A DNA stretch of 63,955 bases, the filler included, from Octopus bimaculoides (Eukaryota), in the NCBI RefSeq assembly GCF_001194135.2. It is 8 parts of 8 records of this genome, joined end to end, with 100 filler letters (N's around TTAATTAATTAA, not from the genome) between each part and the next. Parts side by side here need not be neighbours in the genome. Positions count along the whole stretch, not along the records: positions 21,135 to 32,383 come from NC_068999.1; positions 32,484 to 54,694 come from NC_068985.1; 6 more parts are not named here. One strand, given 5' to 3'. Shown piece by piece: positions 21,812 through 35,153 of the stretch. The position numbers and the translations under genes were made by a program. How positions within the stretch are numbered: the stretch's first letter is position 1; each line of letters opens with the position of its first letter. A model generated the notes under the pieces. The model was not told the origin of the DNA, did no database searches, and saw nothing but the letters and a program-made list of their open reading frames with translations.

Positions 21812-23298
21812 NNNNNNNNNNNNNNNNNNNNNNNNNNNNNNNNNNNNNNNNNNNNNNNNNNNNNNNNNNNNNNNNNNNNNNNNNNNNNNNNNNNNNNNNN
21901 NNNNNNNNNNNNNNNNNNNNNNNNNNNNNNNNNNNNNNNNNNNNNNNNNNNNNNNNNNNNNNNNNNNNNNNNNNNNNNNNNNNNNNNNNNNNNNNNNNNN
22001 NNNNNNNNNNNNNNNNNNNNNNNNNNNNNNNNNNNNNNNNNNNNNNNNNNNNNNNNNNNNNNNNNNNNNNNNNNNNNNNNNNNNNNNNNNNNNNNNNNNN
22101 NNNNNNNNNNNNNNNNNNNNNNNNNNNNNNNNNNNNNNNNNNNNNNNNNNNNNNNNNNNNNNNNNNNNNNNNNNNNNNNNNNNNNNNNNNNNNNNNNNNN
22201 NNNNNNNNNNNNNNNNNNNNNNNNNNNNNNNNNNNNNNNNNNNNNNNNNNNNNNNNNNNNNNNNNNNNNNNNNNNNNNNNNNNNNNNNNNNNNNNNNNNN
22301 NNNNNNNNNNNNNNNNNNNNNNNNNNNNNNNNNNNNNNNNNNNNNNNNNNNNNNNNNNNNNNNNNNNNNNNNNNNNNNNNNNNNNNNNNNNNNNNNNNNN
22401 NNNNNNNNNNNNNNNNNNNNNNNNNNNNNNNNNNNNNNNNNNNNNNNNNNNNNNNNNNNNNNNNNNNNNNNNNNNNNNNNNNNNNNNNNNNNNNNNNNNN
22501 NNNNNNNNNNNNNNNNNNNNNNNNNNNNNNNNNNNNNNNNNNNNNNNNNNNNNNNNNNNNNNNNNNNNNNNNNNNNNNNNNNNNNNNNNNNNNNNNNNNN
22601 NNNNNNNNNNNNNNNNNNNNNNNNNNNNNNNNNNNNNNNNNNNNNNNNNNNNNNNNNNNNNNNNNNNNNNNNNNNNNNNNNNNNNNNNNNNTATATATAT
22701 ATACATGTGTGTGTGTGTGTGTGTATATACATAGACACACGCATATACATAGATTGATAGATATTTGGACGATGAAATGTTCAGAGAAGTAAGAGATTCC
22801 TACGTCGGTTTTCCTTTAATTATTATGATAGGATTTCGTCAAACATATCTGTAGAAGGTAGCTACCTAAGTCTAGCTTGGTGTACGTAGGTGTATAACTT
22901 TATCAGCGGATATATTCTAACCTTTTTAAGTACACTAACTATTACACGGGATAATTATATGGCAATAAATTGTAGTCGGAGGGGGTTTTGTCACTAAATA
23001 GATTGACATTTCGACCAGTGATGTAATGACTTTGTGACTCATGTCTCCGTATCGTTTTCTTCCCTTTTATAGTCTTTCCACTGTGTCAATGTGATTGGTG
23101 TTACAAGCGAACTACTATGACCCCCACTCCGCCCCCAGGTGTGGTTGTGTGGCTCTACAGAGCGTCCTCATAAAATTCTGCTGTGCTTAGGAACTGAACG
23201 GGAGTTCACTCTCTACCTGCGGTTGCATTACACTTGAGAGATGCCATCGAAATTTTTCCTAAAACCCAAATTACAGAGCCATGCATGACTGAGTCCTA

Positions 23299-23606
23299 TG
23301 AAGGCGCGTGGCTTAGTGGTTAGAGCATTCGGCTCACCATCGTAAGGTCGTGAGTTCGATTCCAGGCGGCGCGTTGTGCCCTTGAGCAAGACACTTCATT
23401 TCATGTTGCTCCAGTCCACTCAGCTGGCAAAAATGAGTAGTACCTGTATTTCAAAGGGCCGGCTTTGTTACGCTATGTGTCACGCTTAGTCTCCCTGAGA
23501 ACTACGTTGGGGGTACACGTGTCTGTGGAATGTTCAGCCACTTGCACGTTAATTTCACGAGCAAGCTGTTCAGTTGATCGTATGAGCTGTGACCCTCGTG
23601 ATCCTA
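23299..23606 (+). mobile_element. SINE with family A head, family C tail and 15-bp target-site duplication
   Basis: GGCTTAGTGGTTAGAGC and GAGTTCGATTCC boxes; TSD CATGACTGAGTCCTA at 23284-23298 and 23607-23621. Confidence 0.9.
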
Positions 23607-24483
23607 CATGACTGAGTCCTAGATAACACACTAATGGGAGTTAGAGTTGTCGTGACCACAGCAATTTTGATGAAACCTGAGGGTAACCTGGATAAACTTA
23701 GGGTAAACGACAACCGCAAACCACTATAGCGGTCAAGCAGTGTAGTTTCTCAATAAGTACCCCCTTGATTCCTTTAACTTCTAAATGTGGTTCTACAGTG
23801 TGTCCACATTATTCACCGGTGCACTTATGAACTGAACAAGGGCTTTCTCAACCAATCTGTTCTTAAAACAGCATCCTGCTGGCTTGTGCTCTTTTCAGTC
23901 CCAGAGGCCATTGTACATTAGAGAAAGTTACGATAGTCACGGGCTGAATGTCTTTAAGATTTCCTTAATCTGGGCGAACTTAAAACTTAGCAATGACGAA
24001 AATGAAGAAATACATAACATGTATCCGAAGGGCCCAGCTATACAGGCTCGCTTCTCTGCATTCAGACGAAGGTCAGATTGATGGCAATGTCTATATCCAC
24101 CAATGGTTACACATTCTTTACTTTTATACACTCCCACCTGCCAACATCACAACGGTTCCGTAATTCTGACCCTCCAGAAACAGCTGTCAGACCTAAAACG
24201 CCATGCTCTCTCTACTCAGTTTTCTGTACTTTTGATAACCAAAGTAAATTTCTTCTGTAAGTTTGTAAATATCTGTATGCTTCTCATGAACGTTCATCTG
24301 AATATTTTCAGTTTTTTTCTCTCAATATATATAACACTATATATATTTGTATGTTTATATCTATGTATACGATGTATATTTTATATATCAAGTCCAAGAG
24401 TGTGTATCTTTTATTTGTATCATTATGTCTCTTTGTCTGTCTGTCTGTCTGTCTGTGTGTCTGTCTCTCTCTCTATATATATA

Positions 24484-24572
<89 letters not shown>

Positions 24573-25729
24573 ATGTATATGTGTGTTTGTGTGTATGTAT
24601 GTAAGTATGTTTATATATACATACACACACATATTTTTATATACTTGCACGCACTCACACACACATAAGCACTTACTAAGACATGCGATTTTATGTCTTC
24701 CTATTATTGAGGAAATGATAAACAAGCTTTATGTTAATAATGCACTAACGCCGGAAGTGAAAGCCCGAGCAGTATTTGTCCTAAAGTATACCCATTGTGA
24801 TTCTCATCTGACTCCTCTCATTCCACAGTTTTGACATTTAATCGACTCTAGGGATCATAGGGCATAGTTTAGAACAACCATAAAGGGTCAACTGGTGAAA
24901 TTACAATAAAGTGAATGCTATAAACATAAACACAATGTGAAGATATGCGGAGAGAAATTAAATGGTGGTAGTGTGTAATTATATGATTAATAAGGGTAGT
25001 GAGTTGACAGTATTGTGACCGCACCGGATAAAGTGTTTGGTGTCATACCGTCCACCTTTATATACCGAGTTCAAATTCTGCCGAGGTCGACTTTGCCTTT
25101 TATCCCCTCGGGAGTTCATAAAATACTTACCAGTTGACCACTGGGGCCGATTTTATTGACGAATCCAATTCCCACAAATTCTAGGCTTGTTCCTAAATCA
25201 GAAAGGATTATTGTATCTGATATAGTTTGAGCATTGCTGTATAAAATAGTTTAGCGTTGGAAACGTTAAAATGGAGCCTAACGTGTGAGTAGACGTGTTA
25301 AAGAGTGATGTAATGTATACAAACTTAAGACCAGTTCGAATATGTTTAAATGTTTGAACATGTATAGGTTTTCTCACTATAGTTTGTCGTGGAGAAAAAA
25401 ATCTTACTTAAGTACAAAAAGTGTAAAAGCCGGTGGTGCACTCAAAGCGCACTTTATTATCTCGATGGATGGATTTCGAATTTGTTAGTTCTCTCAGTAC
25501 CAGATACCAAGAGAAGCCAAATTGACCTGACTGGAAAGTTTTGCTTCTTGATCGTAAATCTACAAATATTATTGGGAACTGTCGCACACTGGAGCCCAAC
25601 TGGAAAAATTCTTCAGTTGGAACCCAAAGCAGGGATAGAGATCATGCAAATCTAAGAGAAATTCGGATCTATTTGAGGCTATCTAAACCTGCGTGGGTGT
25701 GAGTGTGTATGTATGTACGTATGTATGTA

Positions 25730-25761
<32 letters not shown>

Positions 25762-25781
25762 TACACACACACACACACACG

Positions 25782-25835
<54 letters not shown>

Positions 25836-26759
25836 TGTATGTGTGTGTGTGTGTGTGTGTGTCTATTTCTATAATAATTTAACAATAATAACTGTGTTAT
25901 GTAGAAGATAACGAAATGAAATATTTAGCATTGTACATACATACATGTGTATATATATATTATATATATATACACGCACACACACACGCGCGCACGTAAA
26001 CACACGCACACACACACAAAACTCACAAATACACACACACACACACACACACATATATAGTCAATTCAAACAAACAATTCAAATAAACGGATAACAAAAG
26101 GAAAAAAGAAGAAAAACAACGAACGTGATGTAGATAGATATCATATCAAATTATATTATACTATATTATATCATATTACATTATATTATATCATATTTTT
26201 ATTCCTATGTTCATATCAGCCTTTATTTGCTGCTATTTTAATATTTAGTTCAACTAAATCCGTTAGCAAAACAACTGACGATGCATTGTCTGTTTCTCAG
26301 ACGCCATCTTTTCTATAATAGAATTTACGCTTTAAATATCGGTTACTCTTCCACAGAAACTCAGAATTCCGGTACCATATTCATATGTGTAGTAGACATT
26401 TATAAACTGAAAAATTGTTCTGTTTAATGAATGTTATTCGGTTCCGTCTCAAATTGTACTTTATAATGTTGAATAATCTTCGATGTTATTTACATTGAAA
26501 ACTCAAGCAATTAATTCACAGCCTGGCGCAGACTTATTTGAACTCAGCAAAATAAACTAACGAACTATTTGTCAAATTTTGATAGTTATTCTTCCTACTA
26601 TTATAGCTTCTGCTGGTGTTAATTGTTGTTGTTTGCTTAGAGAGAAAGGTTGCTCTCCTGACAAATAGTCTTTAAATATGGGATGAACCCGGACACGTAT
26701 ATGTTAAAGTACCTGTGTGTAAGTGGAAGTGTGTGTGTGTGTTTTGTTGATTTTTGTCT

Positions 26760-27255
26760 GGTTATATCGTTTATCATTTATATTTTAATTGTTCCAGTTA
26801 TTAAACTGCGCCCATGCTGGAGTACAGCCTTGATGAAATTTTAGTCGAATGAATCGACTCTAGTGTTATTTTTTAAAAAACCTACAACTTACTCTGACCG
26901 TTTATTTTCATGAACTGCTATGTTACTAGGATGTAAACATGCCAGTACCGGTGATCATGCGGTGGTGGTGGCCAAACACAGTCACAAAGACACAGACACA
27001 TGAAAACTGAATGAAGCCCGCTCGTCATATATATACATGTATGTGTGTGTATTTTAGTCTGTGTTTGTCCTCCTACTATCGCTTGACAACCGATGTTGGT
27101 GTGTTTACGCCCCAGCAACATAGCGGTTCAGCAAAAGAGACTGTTAGAATAAGTACTAAGGCTTACAAAGAATAAGTTCTGGGGTCGATTTTTTTCGACT
27201 AATGGCGGTGCTCCAGCACGGCCGCAGTCAAATGACTGAAACAAATATAAGAATT
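26760..27255. mobile_element. Inverted pair of SINE family E copies
   Basis: Minus copy about 26760-26985 and plus copy about 27005-27255, tails pointing outward. Confidence 0.65.
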
Positions 27256-27268
27256 AAAAAATTAAAAA

Positions 27269-27304
<36 letters not shown>

Positions 27305-27309
27305 ACACA

Positions 27310-27351
<42 letters not shown>

Positions 27352-27698
27352 ATACGATCATCGAACAATATTTTTGTTGATTACCTATTTCATTTTACAA
27401 AGGAAAATTTGAGTGACCTCGAATCTCGGTTGTTCAGAGGTATATATATATATATACGTGCGCGCGCCACCACACAGCTACGGCTGCGTCTATATAGGAA
27501 TACACGCACATACATACACACATACATGCATACGTACATACATATGTGAGCGTGCGTATGTGTGCGTGTGAGCACGCAGTTGTGTGTATAAGTGAACACA
27601 ACAAACGCACTGAGTGTATCTTTGACTTTTGTTTTTCAGACAGTAGGATGTGATTTGACTGTTATTTTTAGCAGGTCACTGACCGCGCTGACAGTCGC

Positions 27699-27799
27699 CT
27701 GCGCTATCGTCTGCGCTGTCGTCTGCGCTATCGTCTGCGCTGTCGTCTGCGCTATCGTCTGCGCTGTCGTCTGCGCTATCGTCTGCGCTGTCGTCTGCG
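27699..27799. repeat. 12-bp tandem repeat x8 with 24-bp higher-order structure
   Basis: CTGCGCTATCGT and CTGCGCTGTCGT strictly alternate four times. Confidence 0.95.
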
Positions 27800-28036
27800 T
27801 GCATTGTAATTGCTTTTAAAGGTGTCATTATTAAAATCATACTCCAGGGTGTTGTGAACTATTTGTGTTATTTCCTGTGTCATTATCTCTCTCTACCTGT
27901 TGGGGTGACTCATTGTCGTATGTCTCACAGGATGAAGCTATCGGTTGAAAGGTAACACGGAGGATAAGGTGATTACACACGACCGAGGTGTAACACAGGG
28001 AATTTGGGTGCAATTGATATGACGCAGCTTCTACGT

Positions 28037-28188
28037 CAGCGGTTTCCAGCGGCACCTTCCGGGGCTTTGTGAGAAACTCAAGCATTCTTACAGCGGCCCT
28101 TGGTTTATGTTTCACAATTTTGGTGCGGCCCCTTAAAAAATCCAGGTTTTGTATCTGGCCCGGATATGAAAATTGTTGAGAACTACTG
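28037..28188. mobile_element. hAT-type MITE
   Basis: Imperfect TIRs CAGCGGTTTCCAGC / GTTGAGAACTACTG; 8-bp TSD TTCTACGT / TTCTACAT. Confidence 0.65.
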
Positions 28189-28291
28189 TTCTACATAATC
28201 GGTCGAATTCCGAGACATAACAACCAAACCTTCCTCATATAACACACTAAAATCTTGAAAATTCGAATGAGACATTTTAGGCAAGGTAATC

Positions 28292-28474
28292 CAGGCGTCA
28301 GCAACCTTTTTCGAGAAGCGGGCCGCATGAGTCATGGCTTATCAGACGGGTGACAGCGCTAAAAAAAAATTATATACAGAAAATACATATTTTATTCATC
28401 TGTTGAAATCAGGCGTGCCATTGAGAAATTTTCGTGAGGCGCATGAGGCCCGCGATTTGCAGCTTGCCCGTGAT
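28292..28474. mobile_element. hAT-type MITE remnant
   Basis: CAGGCGTCAGCAACCTTTT start and GGCCCGCG subterminal motifs; no TSD seen. Confidence 0.45.
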
Positions 28475-28509
28475 GGATAAAATGTTCATAACTTGATTAC
28501 ATTTTAAGC

Positions 28510-29220
28510 ATAGGTCTGGTCTCGCTATGTGAGTGGATTTAGTAGACGGAAACTGAAAGAAGCCCGTTGTACATATATGTATATATTTGTGTCTTTGTTT
28601 GCCCTCCTTCCATCGCTTGACAACGGATGCTGGCGTGTGTACGTCTCCGTAATTTAGCGGTTCGGCAAAATAGACCGATAGAACAAGTACTAGGCTTACA
28701 AAGATTAAGTCCTGGGATCGATTTGTTCGAATAAACGTGGTGCTCCAGCATGGCCGCAGTCAAACGACGGAAACAAATAAAAGAATAGAAGAACAAAAAC
28801 CATTGAACTAGCAGAATTGTTAGCTAGTCGGAGAAAATTCTTCGTGGCATTTCTGCCATTTCTTCAAGATCTGGGTCCAAATTCCGCCGGCGACCACTTT
28901 GCTTTTGATGCTTTCGAAACCGAAAAAAAAAAAAAACGTACTTGTCGAACACGGGGGTCGTTGGACAAAACTTTTCCGGATTTGTGCCAGTAGTAAAAGG
29001 TATTATGAAGTACGTAGAACTGCTTCTGTGTCGAGCAAAAAGCGTAGCGGCATTTCTTGCGGTTCTTTACGTCGTGCGTTCAAATCCCAGCCAGATCGAC
29101 TTTAACCTTTATCCTTTTAAGTGTCGATAAAAGAAGTTCCCAGTAAAGAGCTGGGGTTGATAATATCGACCGCCCTCTTCCCATTTTGATTGTTGGCCGT
29201 TTGCCAAAATTTGCCCACCT
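28510..29220 (+). mobile_element. SINE family E copy followed by two family B copies
   Basis: Family E 28510-28790; degenerate family B cores 28790-28985 and 28990-29220. Confidence 0.7.
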
Positions 29221-30269
29221 CATTAATTTTTCTATAAAGTCTGAGATATTCCAAGCTGTAAGAAATCCATTTACTGCTTTTTCTCATGGACATATATTCT
29301 CTCTGTAGTAAAACGCGTTGAATGCACCGGGTCGATTCAGAGTTCCCACTAAACACATCATTTCAGAATGCCCTGTATCCACATCGATTCAGAATGCACT
29401 CGATCCACATTCACAGATGCATGCATTTTAAAATAGTTATCTTTTTAAATTTGTTTCAACACCATATCGTAAGTTCGACTTCCAAACTTCCAATAAAGTC
29501 TTGTATTTTTATTTTATTTTGCTACGTTATCTATCTCATATCACGGGGTTTCCGGAACATACATACATACATACATACACGCATGCATACATAGATACAT
29601 ACAAACAAACATACATACATATATACATGCATACATCCATATATACATGTACAAGCACACACATACATATGTATTCTTTTATGAAATTCGTTCACAAGGC
29701 ACATAAATATTTTCATGCTATTATTTATAGCTTAATGCGTGTTCTTCGAGATCCACTGTACACAAGAATTATTTCACATTGCTTAGAAAGTTCATGAATT
29801 CTTCTAACGTCAGGAAAATGTTTTCGCCTGTATGTGCGTGCATGTGCGTGTACGTATATATNNNNNNNNNNNNNNNNNNNNNNNNNNNNNNNNNNNNNNN
29901 NNNNNNNNNNNNNNNNNNNNNNNNNNNNNNNNNNNNNNNNNNNNNNNNNNNNNNNNNNNNNNNNNNNNNNNNNNNNNNNNNNNNNNNNNNNNNNNNNNNN
30001 NNNNNNNNNNNNNNNNNNNNNNNNNNNNNNNNNNNNNNNNNNNNNNNNNNNNNNNNNNNNNNNNNNNNNNNNNNNNNNNNNNNNNNNNNNNNNNNNNNNN
30101 NNNNNNNNNNNNNNNNNNNNNNNNNNNNNNNNNNNNNNNNNNNNNNNNNNNNNNNNNNNNNNNNNNNNNNNNNNNNNNNNNNNNNNNNNNNNNNNNNNNN
30201 NNNNNNNNNNNNNNNNNNNNNNNNNNNNNNNNNNNNNNNNNNNNNNNNNNNGGCCATGCTGGGACGCAG

Positions 30270-30625
30270 CCGTTAAAAAGTTTCCTCTGATATGTGACAT
30301 TTGGTGAATGAGAGAGTTTGATGTTGCTGCACTCGTTTGCGCTTCCTACCGCCGAGTAGGTTCATCCGGAACTCTTGACAGGAGGAGATCCGGTTTCGTT
30401 TTGAAGACGCCTATATCTACCCCATGCAGGTCTCTCAGGCGTTTTTTTGGTGGGGAGAATAATGAGGGCCTTGAAATCCAAGCTGTTCCTGTTTATTAAT
30501 GGCGATGCTGAAAGCTTCGGAATTATGCAGTGGGGCCCCGTTCTGCAGTCTGCTGTTTGTGTATCTTATGATGTCTATGTTTGATATAAGTCCTTCAAAG
30601 ATTTTCCCGATGTATATCATTGCAT
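30270..30625 (-). mobile_element. CR1/L2-type LINE 3' fragment
   Basis: MIYIGKIFEGLISNI...LGFQGP, homologous to 17100-17400. Confidence 0.7.
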
Positions 30626-30664
30626 ATGTGCATGAATGTATGTATGTATGTATGTGTGCATGTT

Positions 30665-30703
<39 letters not shown>

Positions 30704-31202
30704 TTATATATGTATATATATAGGTGTATTTGTATATGTATGTGTACACACACACATCCATACCTTCAGTATCTCATTGCTCATATACTCAGCATTCCTT
30801 TCTCATTACTTTACCTTTATTTATTTCCATATAAATTAAAATTACTTATTTCATGTTGTATATTTCCTAATTCCCCAAATACACCGTTAGATCTTACAAA
30901 TTTTAACAGACTTCTTTCCGGTATACAATAAGCACACCTTATCCCTGGCAGCTATTTGTTTCTCAAACGTCAGTATCAAAGCCATCATCTTTACAGTACA
31001 GAGAAAAAACACACATTTTTGTCTGGTTGCTTAGTAAACAATATTCCATATAATTTTCCCTGCAGAACCGACAACTTTTTTGTATTTACATAGAGATTTG
31101 TTTATACTTGTCTATAAGACTTATATCTAAACGTGATTTGCGCATACAGGATACCCGGGTCTATAGAAATCTGTGAACAAAATATTCTTATTTTTTTCTA
31201 CT

Positions 31203-31800
31203 CTAGGCACAAGGCCTGAAATTGTTATGGTAGGGGGCTAGTCGATGAGATCGACTCCAGTAGACAACTGTTATTTAATTTATCGAACCCGAAAGAATGA
31301 AAGCCTAAGTCGACCTCGGCGGAATTTGAACTCAAAACGTAGCGGCAGACGAAATACGGATAAACATTTCGTTCTGCGTGTTAACGTTTCTGCCAAATCG
31401 ACGCCTTAAACTGAACAAAATATTGCATGAATATCTATGTAGTAAGAAGCATGCTTCTCAACCGGATGTTTCCTGTTCAAGTCCCACCGCGTGGCACTTG
31501 CGCAAGTGTCTTCATCTATAGACCCAGGTCGACAAAAGCCTTGTCAATGGATTTGATAGACAGAAACAGAAAGAAGCCCGTCGTATATGTAAATATAAAT
31601 GTGTGTGTGTGTGTGTGTGTGTTTGTCCTCCCACCATCGCTTTGACAACCGATGTTGGTGTGTTTATGTCCCCGTAATTTAGCGCGATTCGTCAAAAGAG
31701 ACTACGCTTACAAAGAATAGGTCGTGGGGTCGTATTGTTTGACTAAACGCGGTGCTCCAGCATGGGCGTATTTAAATGACTGAGACAAGTAAAATAATAA
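31203..31800. mobile_element. SINE family B (minus, 31203-31410) and family E (plus, 31430-31800)
   Basis: Family cores as described above. Confidence 0.75.
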
Positions 31801-32123
31801 AAGAGTAGAAAATATACATATACATTGATATATCTACATATGTATGCACACACACACAGACAGACACACATGTCTGTGTGTGTGTGTGTATCTCTTCATA
31901 ACTTAGGATTTATTCTTTAAATCTATTTCCTGTCTTTCTGTCTGTCATTCTGGGTTCATCTGACAGCCTTCATTGGTTTAAATATCTATCCATCTTTTCT
32001 GTCTCTGCCTTTCTCCCTCTCTGTCTCTCTGTCTCACACACTCTCTCTCACACACTCTCTCTCACTCTCACTCTCTCTCTCTCTCTTTCTCTCGATATAT
32101 ATGTGTGTGTATACATATGTTTA

Positions 32124-32154
<31 letters not shown>

Positions 32155-32483
32155 CATGTATATGAATTATTATAGATATTTGTCGTGAGCAGATGGTCAC
32201 TTGATGTCGAGTTTGGTCATCTCGGCTGGGAGTAAAAAAGGATGTAAATTTGGATAGATTCCAATATTGATCTCCCAGTAAATCATTGAATATATATCGA
32301 TAATCTTTGATCTTTGATATTTCCGAGTTGAAAGAGTGTTCAAAGGTAATTTACATACATATAACGAAACATATAGACATATANNNNNNNNNNNNNNNNN
32401 NNNNNNNNNNNNNNNNNNNNNNNNNNNTTAATTAATTAANNNNNNNNNNNNNNNNNNNNNNNNNNNNNNNNNNNNNNNNNNNN

Positions 32484-32540
<57 letters not shown>

Positions 32541-33305
32541 GTATATAATATGATATATATATGCATATATACACACACTAATAGTCAGTTAGACAAACAG
32601 ACTAACAAACACATGGATAAATAGGTAACTAGAATGAGCCAGTATATCCTGCATTCAAATACACATGTATACGTAGGCTCGAATGTATGTATGCATGCAT
32701 GTAGACATATATGTATTTATGCATCTATATATGCATGTATTTATGCATGGATGAATGTATGAACTCTATGAATACATGCATGCGTAAATATACGAAATGA
32801 TTTATAAATACATACATGTATAAATTTTACTTTCTCATAATTCCGTTTGTAAAAAAAACAAACCATGTGTATTTTGTATCATAAATAGCATATGCACATA
32901 GTTGCAACATCAATGGAAGTGTAAGCTTCTATTGTTGGCTCGGTGTTTTCGCGCGCGCGCGCTAATGTCAATGTATTGTTTACTTATACTTTTTTTTACT
33001 GCTAATATATCCGGAGAATTTGGAAAGAAACTTTGAACATGTAATTAAATATGAGATTAAAAGTCTCAACCGGAAAATTACATTTTCAATATTGTCCTTG
33101 ATTCGTTTTTTTTTTTTTGTAATTTTGTTATTTGTATACTAAAATATGAAAATTGAAGGTAGATCTATAAAAGAAGATGAAGCCAACAAATTTAACATTC
33201 AGAATGTGTGTATGCCTATACATATATATACATATGTAAATATATGAATATATATGTACATATTAATATAAAGGTGTGCATACATATGTGTACATATACA
33301 AACAT

Positions 33306-33350
<45 letters not shown>

Positions 33351-33839
33351 ATATGTATGTATATGTATGTATATGTATGTATGTATGCATGTATGAATGT
33401 ATGTATGTATGTATGTATGTATGTATGTATGTATGTATGTATGTATGTATGGATGTATGTGTTCATGTATGTGTTCATGAATATACACGTGCACACGTAC
33501 GGGCGTAATTTTGTATGCATGTACGTATAAAATGTCATTCAGTCGAAGTTTGGGGAAAATAAAGATAACATAGATGTGAGTGTTTCTTGTGTTTTAAGGT
33601 AACTGTTGAAACAGCAGGTATGTTTCTATTTTATTAGCCTTCTCAGCGATGTACGTCCCATTCCATATTTATATTGAAAACAGCAAAAACGAAGAACGCC
33701 TGCAACATTGACACCCCTACTGAGCGAGGTCACTAGCTAGAAATAACAGCTAAATCTTCCACAGCCCGAACCCTGTCGTGTTACACAAGGAATGGACACA
33801 CTGGATTACATAAATATCGTAGATATATCTTAGACATAT

Positions 33840-34220
33840 AGGCGCAGACGTGGCTGTGTAGTAAGAAGATTGCCTCCCAACCTCATGTTCCGGGTTCAGT
33901 TCCACTGCGTGGCAGCTTGGGCAAATGTCTTCTTCTACAGCCTCGAGCCGACTAAAGCCTTGTGAGTGGTTTTGGCGGACGGAAACTGAAAGAAGTCTGT
34001 CATATATGTATATATTTATGTTTGTGTTTGTGCCTCCACCATCACCTGACAACCGATGTTGGTGTGTTCACGTCCCCGTAACCTAGTGGTTCCGTAAAAG
34101 AGCCTGATAGAATAAGTACCAGGCTAACAAAAAATAAGTCCCGTAGTCGATTTCTTCGACTAAAAGGCGGTGCTCTAGCATGGCCACAGTCAAAATGACT
34201 CAAACAAGTAAAAGAATAAA
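33840..34220 (+). mobile_element. Full-length SINE family E
   Basis: GGCGCAGACGTGGCTGTGTAGTAAGAAG...GGTTCAGTTCC head through GGTGCTCTAGCATGGCCACAGTCAAAATGACT tail. Confidence 0.85.
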
Positions 34221-34582
34221 GGAACAAAAGAATATCGAGAATGCTGTTAACCGAGGTCCAGGGCTAAATTTTATCTTCGAAATGTTTAACCATAGTTGTA
34301 GTTAAGTACTCATTTGAATGACCGTGACAGAAAAGCTACGGAACCTGTTACAGATCTATGTACACAATAAAGAAAAGGGAAAAGTGGCGATCGAAATCGT
34401 GCTGACAGCCACAACACATAGCACGCGCGCACTCCCACACGCACCCACACATGCATGCATCCGTACATACATACATACATGCACATACACACACACAGAT
34501 TTTTATATATATGTATGTGTGTTTGCGTGTGTGTGTTTGTGTGTTTGTGTGTGTGTGTACACCGTGCATAATGAGTACAAGC

Positions 34583-34935
34583 TTAGTGAAAATACCTTTT
34601 AAGAAGATTATAAGTTTGTTTTAAAATTATAATAGACAGTATTTTACGTAGGTTATGGGCAGTTTCCATGATCACTGTCTTTTGAACTTCAGCTATTTTG
34701 GGGTTTCCTGGTATCTGAGCTAGGTAGGAATCAACCACTTTTGTTATCATTCCTAGAGCACCTATGACAACAGGTATTATTTTAGTCCTGAGGTTCCACA
34801 TTTTGCCAATTTCTATTTCAAGATCTTTACACTTGCTCAGTTTTTGGTAGGTCTTGACAGATATATTTTTGTCGATTGGGACAGTCATATCAATGAAGAG
34901 GCTGATTTTTGTCTGAGGTCTTTCAATATAATGTC

Positions 34936-34936
<1 letters not shown>
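34583..34936 (-). mobile_element. R4/Dong-like RLE non-LTR retrotransposon 3' fragment
   Basis: IDMTVPIDKNISVK...KLSKCKDLEIEIGKMWNLRTKIIPVVIGALG...TAHNLRKILS, typical of the R4/Dong C-terminal RLE region; 5' end abuts (TAA)n at 34937-35013. Confidence 0.8.
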
Positions 34937-35015
<79 letters not shown>

Positions 35016-35103
35016 ATGGTCTCCAATTGGTTTTATGCTAGTATTTATTAAATAAAATCTAAACAAGTTTTCTATTTGGAAACCTTTTGCATTCGCGGTA
35101 AAG

Positions 35104-35153
<50 letters not shown>

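Noticed and set aside
19097-22792. Long ORFs of 300-370 aa in the ORF track (also 29725-30307, 42587-43200, 45196-46143, 56762-57642, 60957-61817)
   Set aside because: Made of N runs (X) and dinucleotide repeats.
23884-24260. Overlapping short ORFs on both strands (also 25389-25655 and 44832-45071)
   Set aside because: No recognisable domain or consistent splice structure.
27931-27951. 21-nt micro-exon candidate containing an ATG
   Set aside because: Too short to tell from chance without transcript data.
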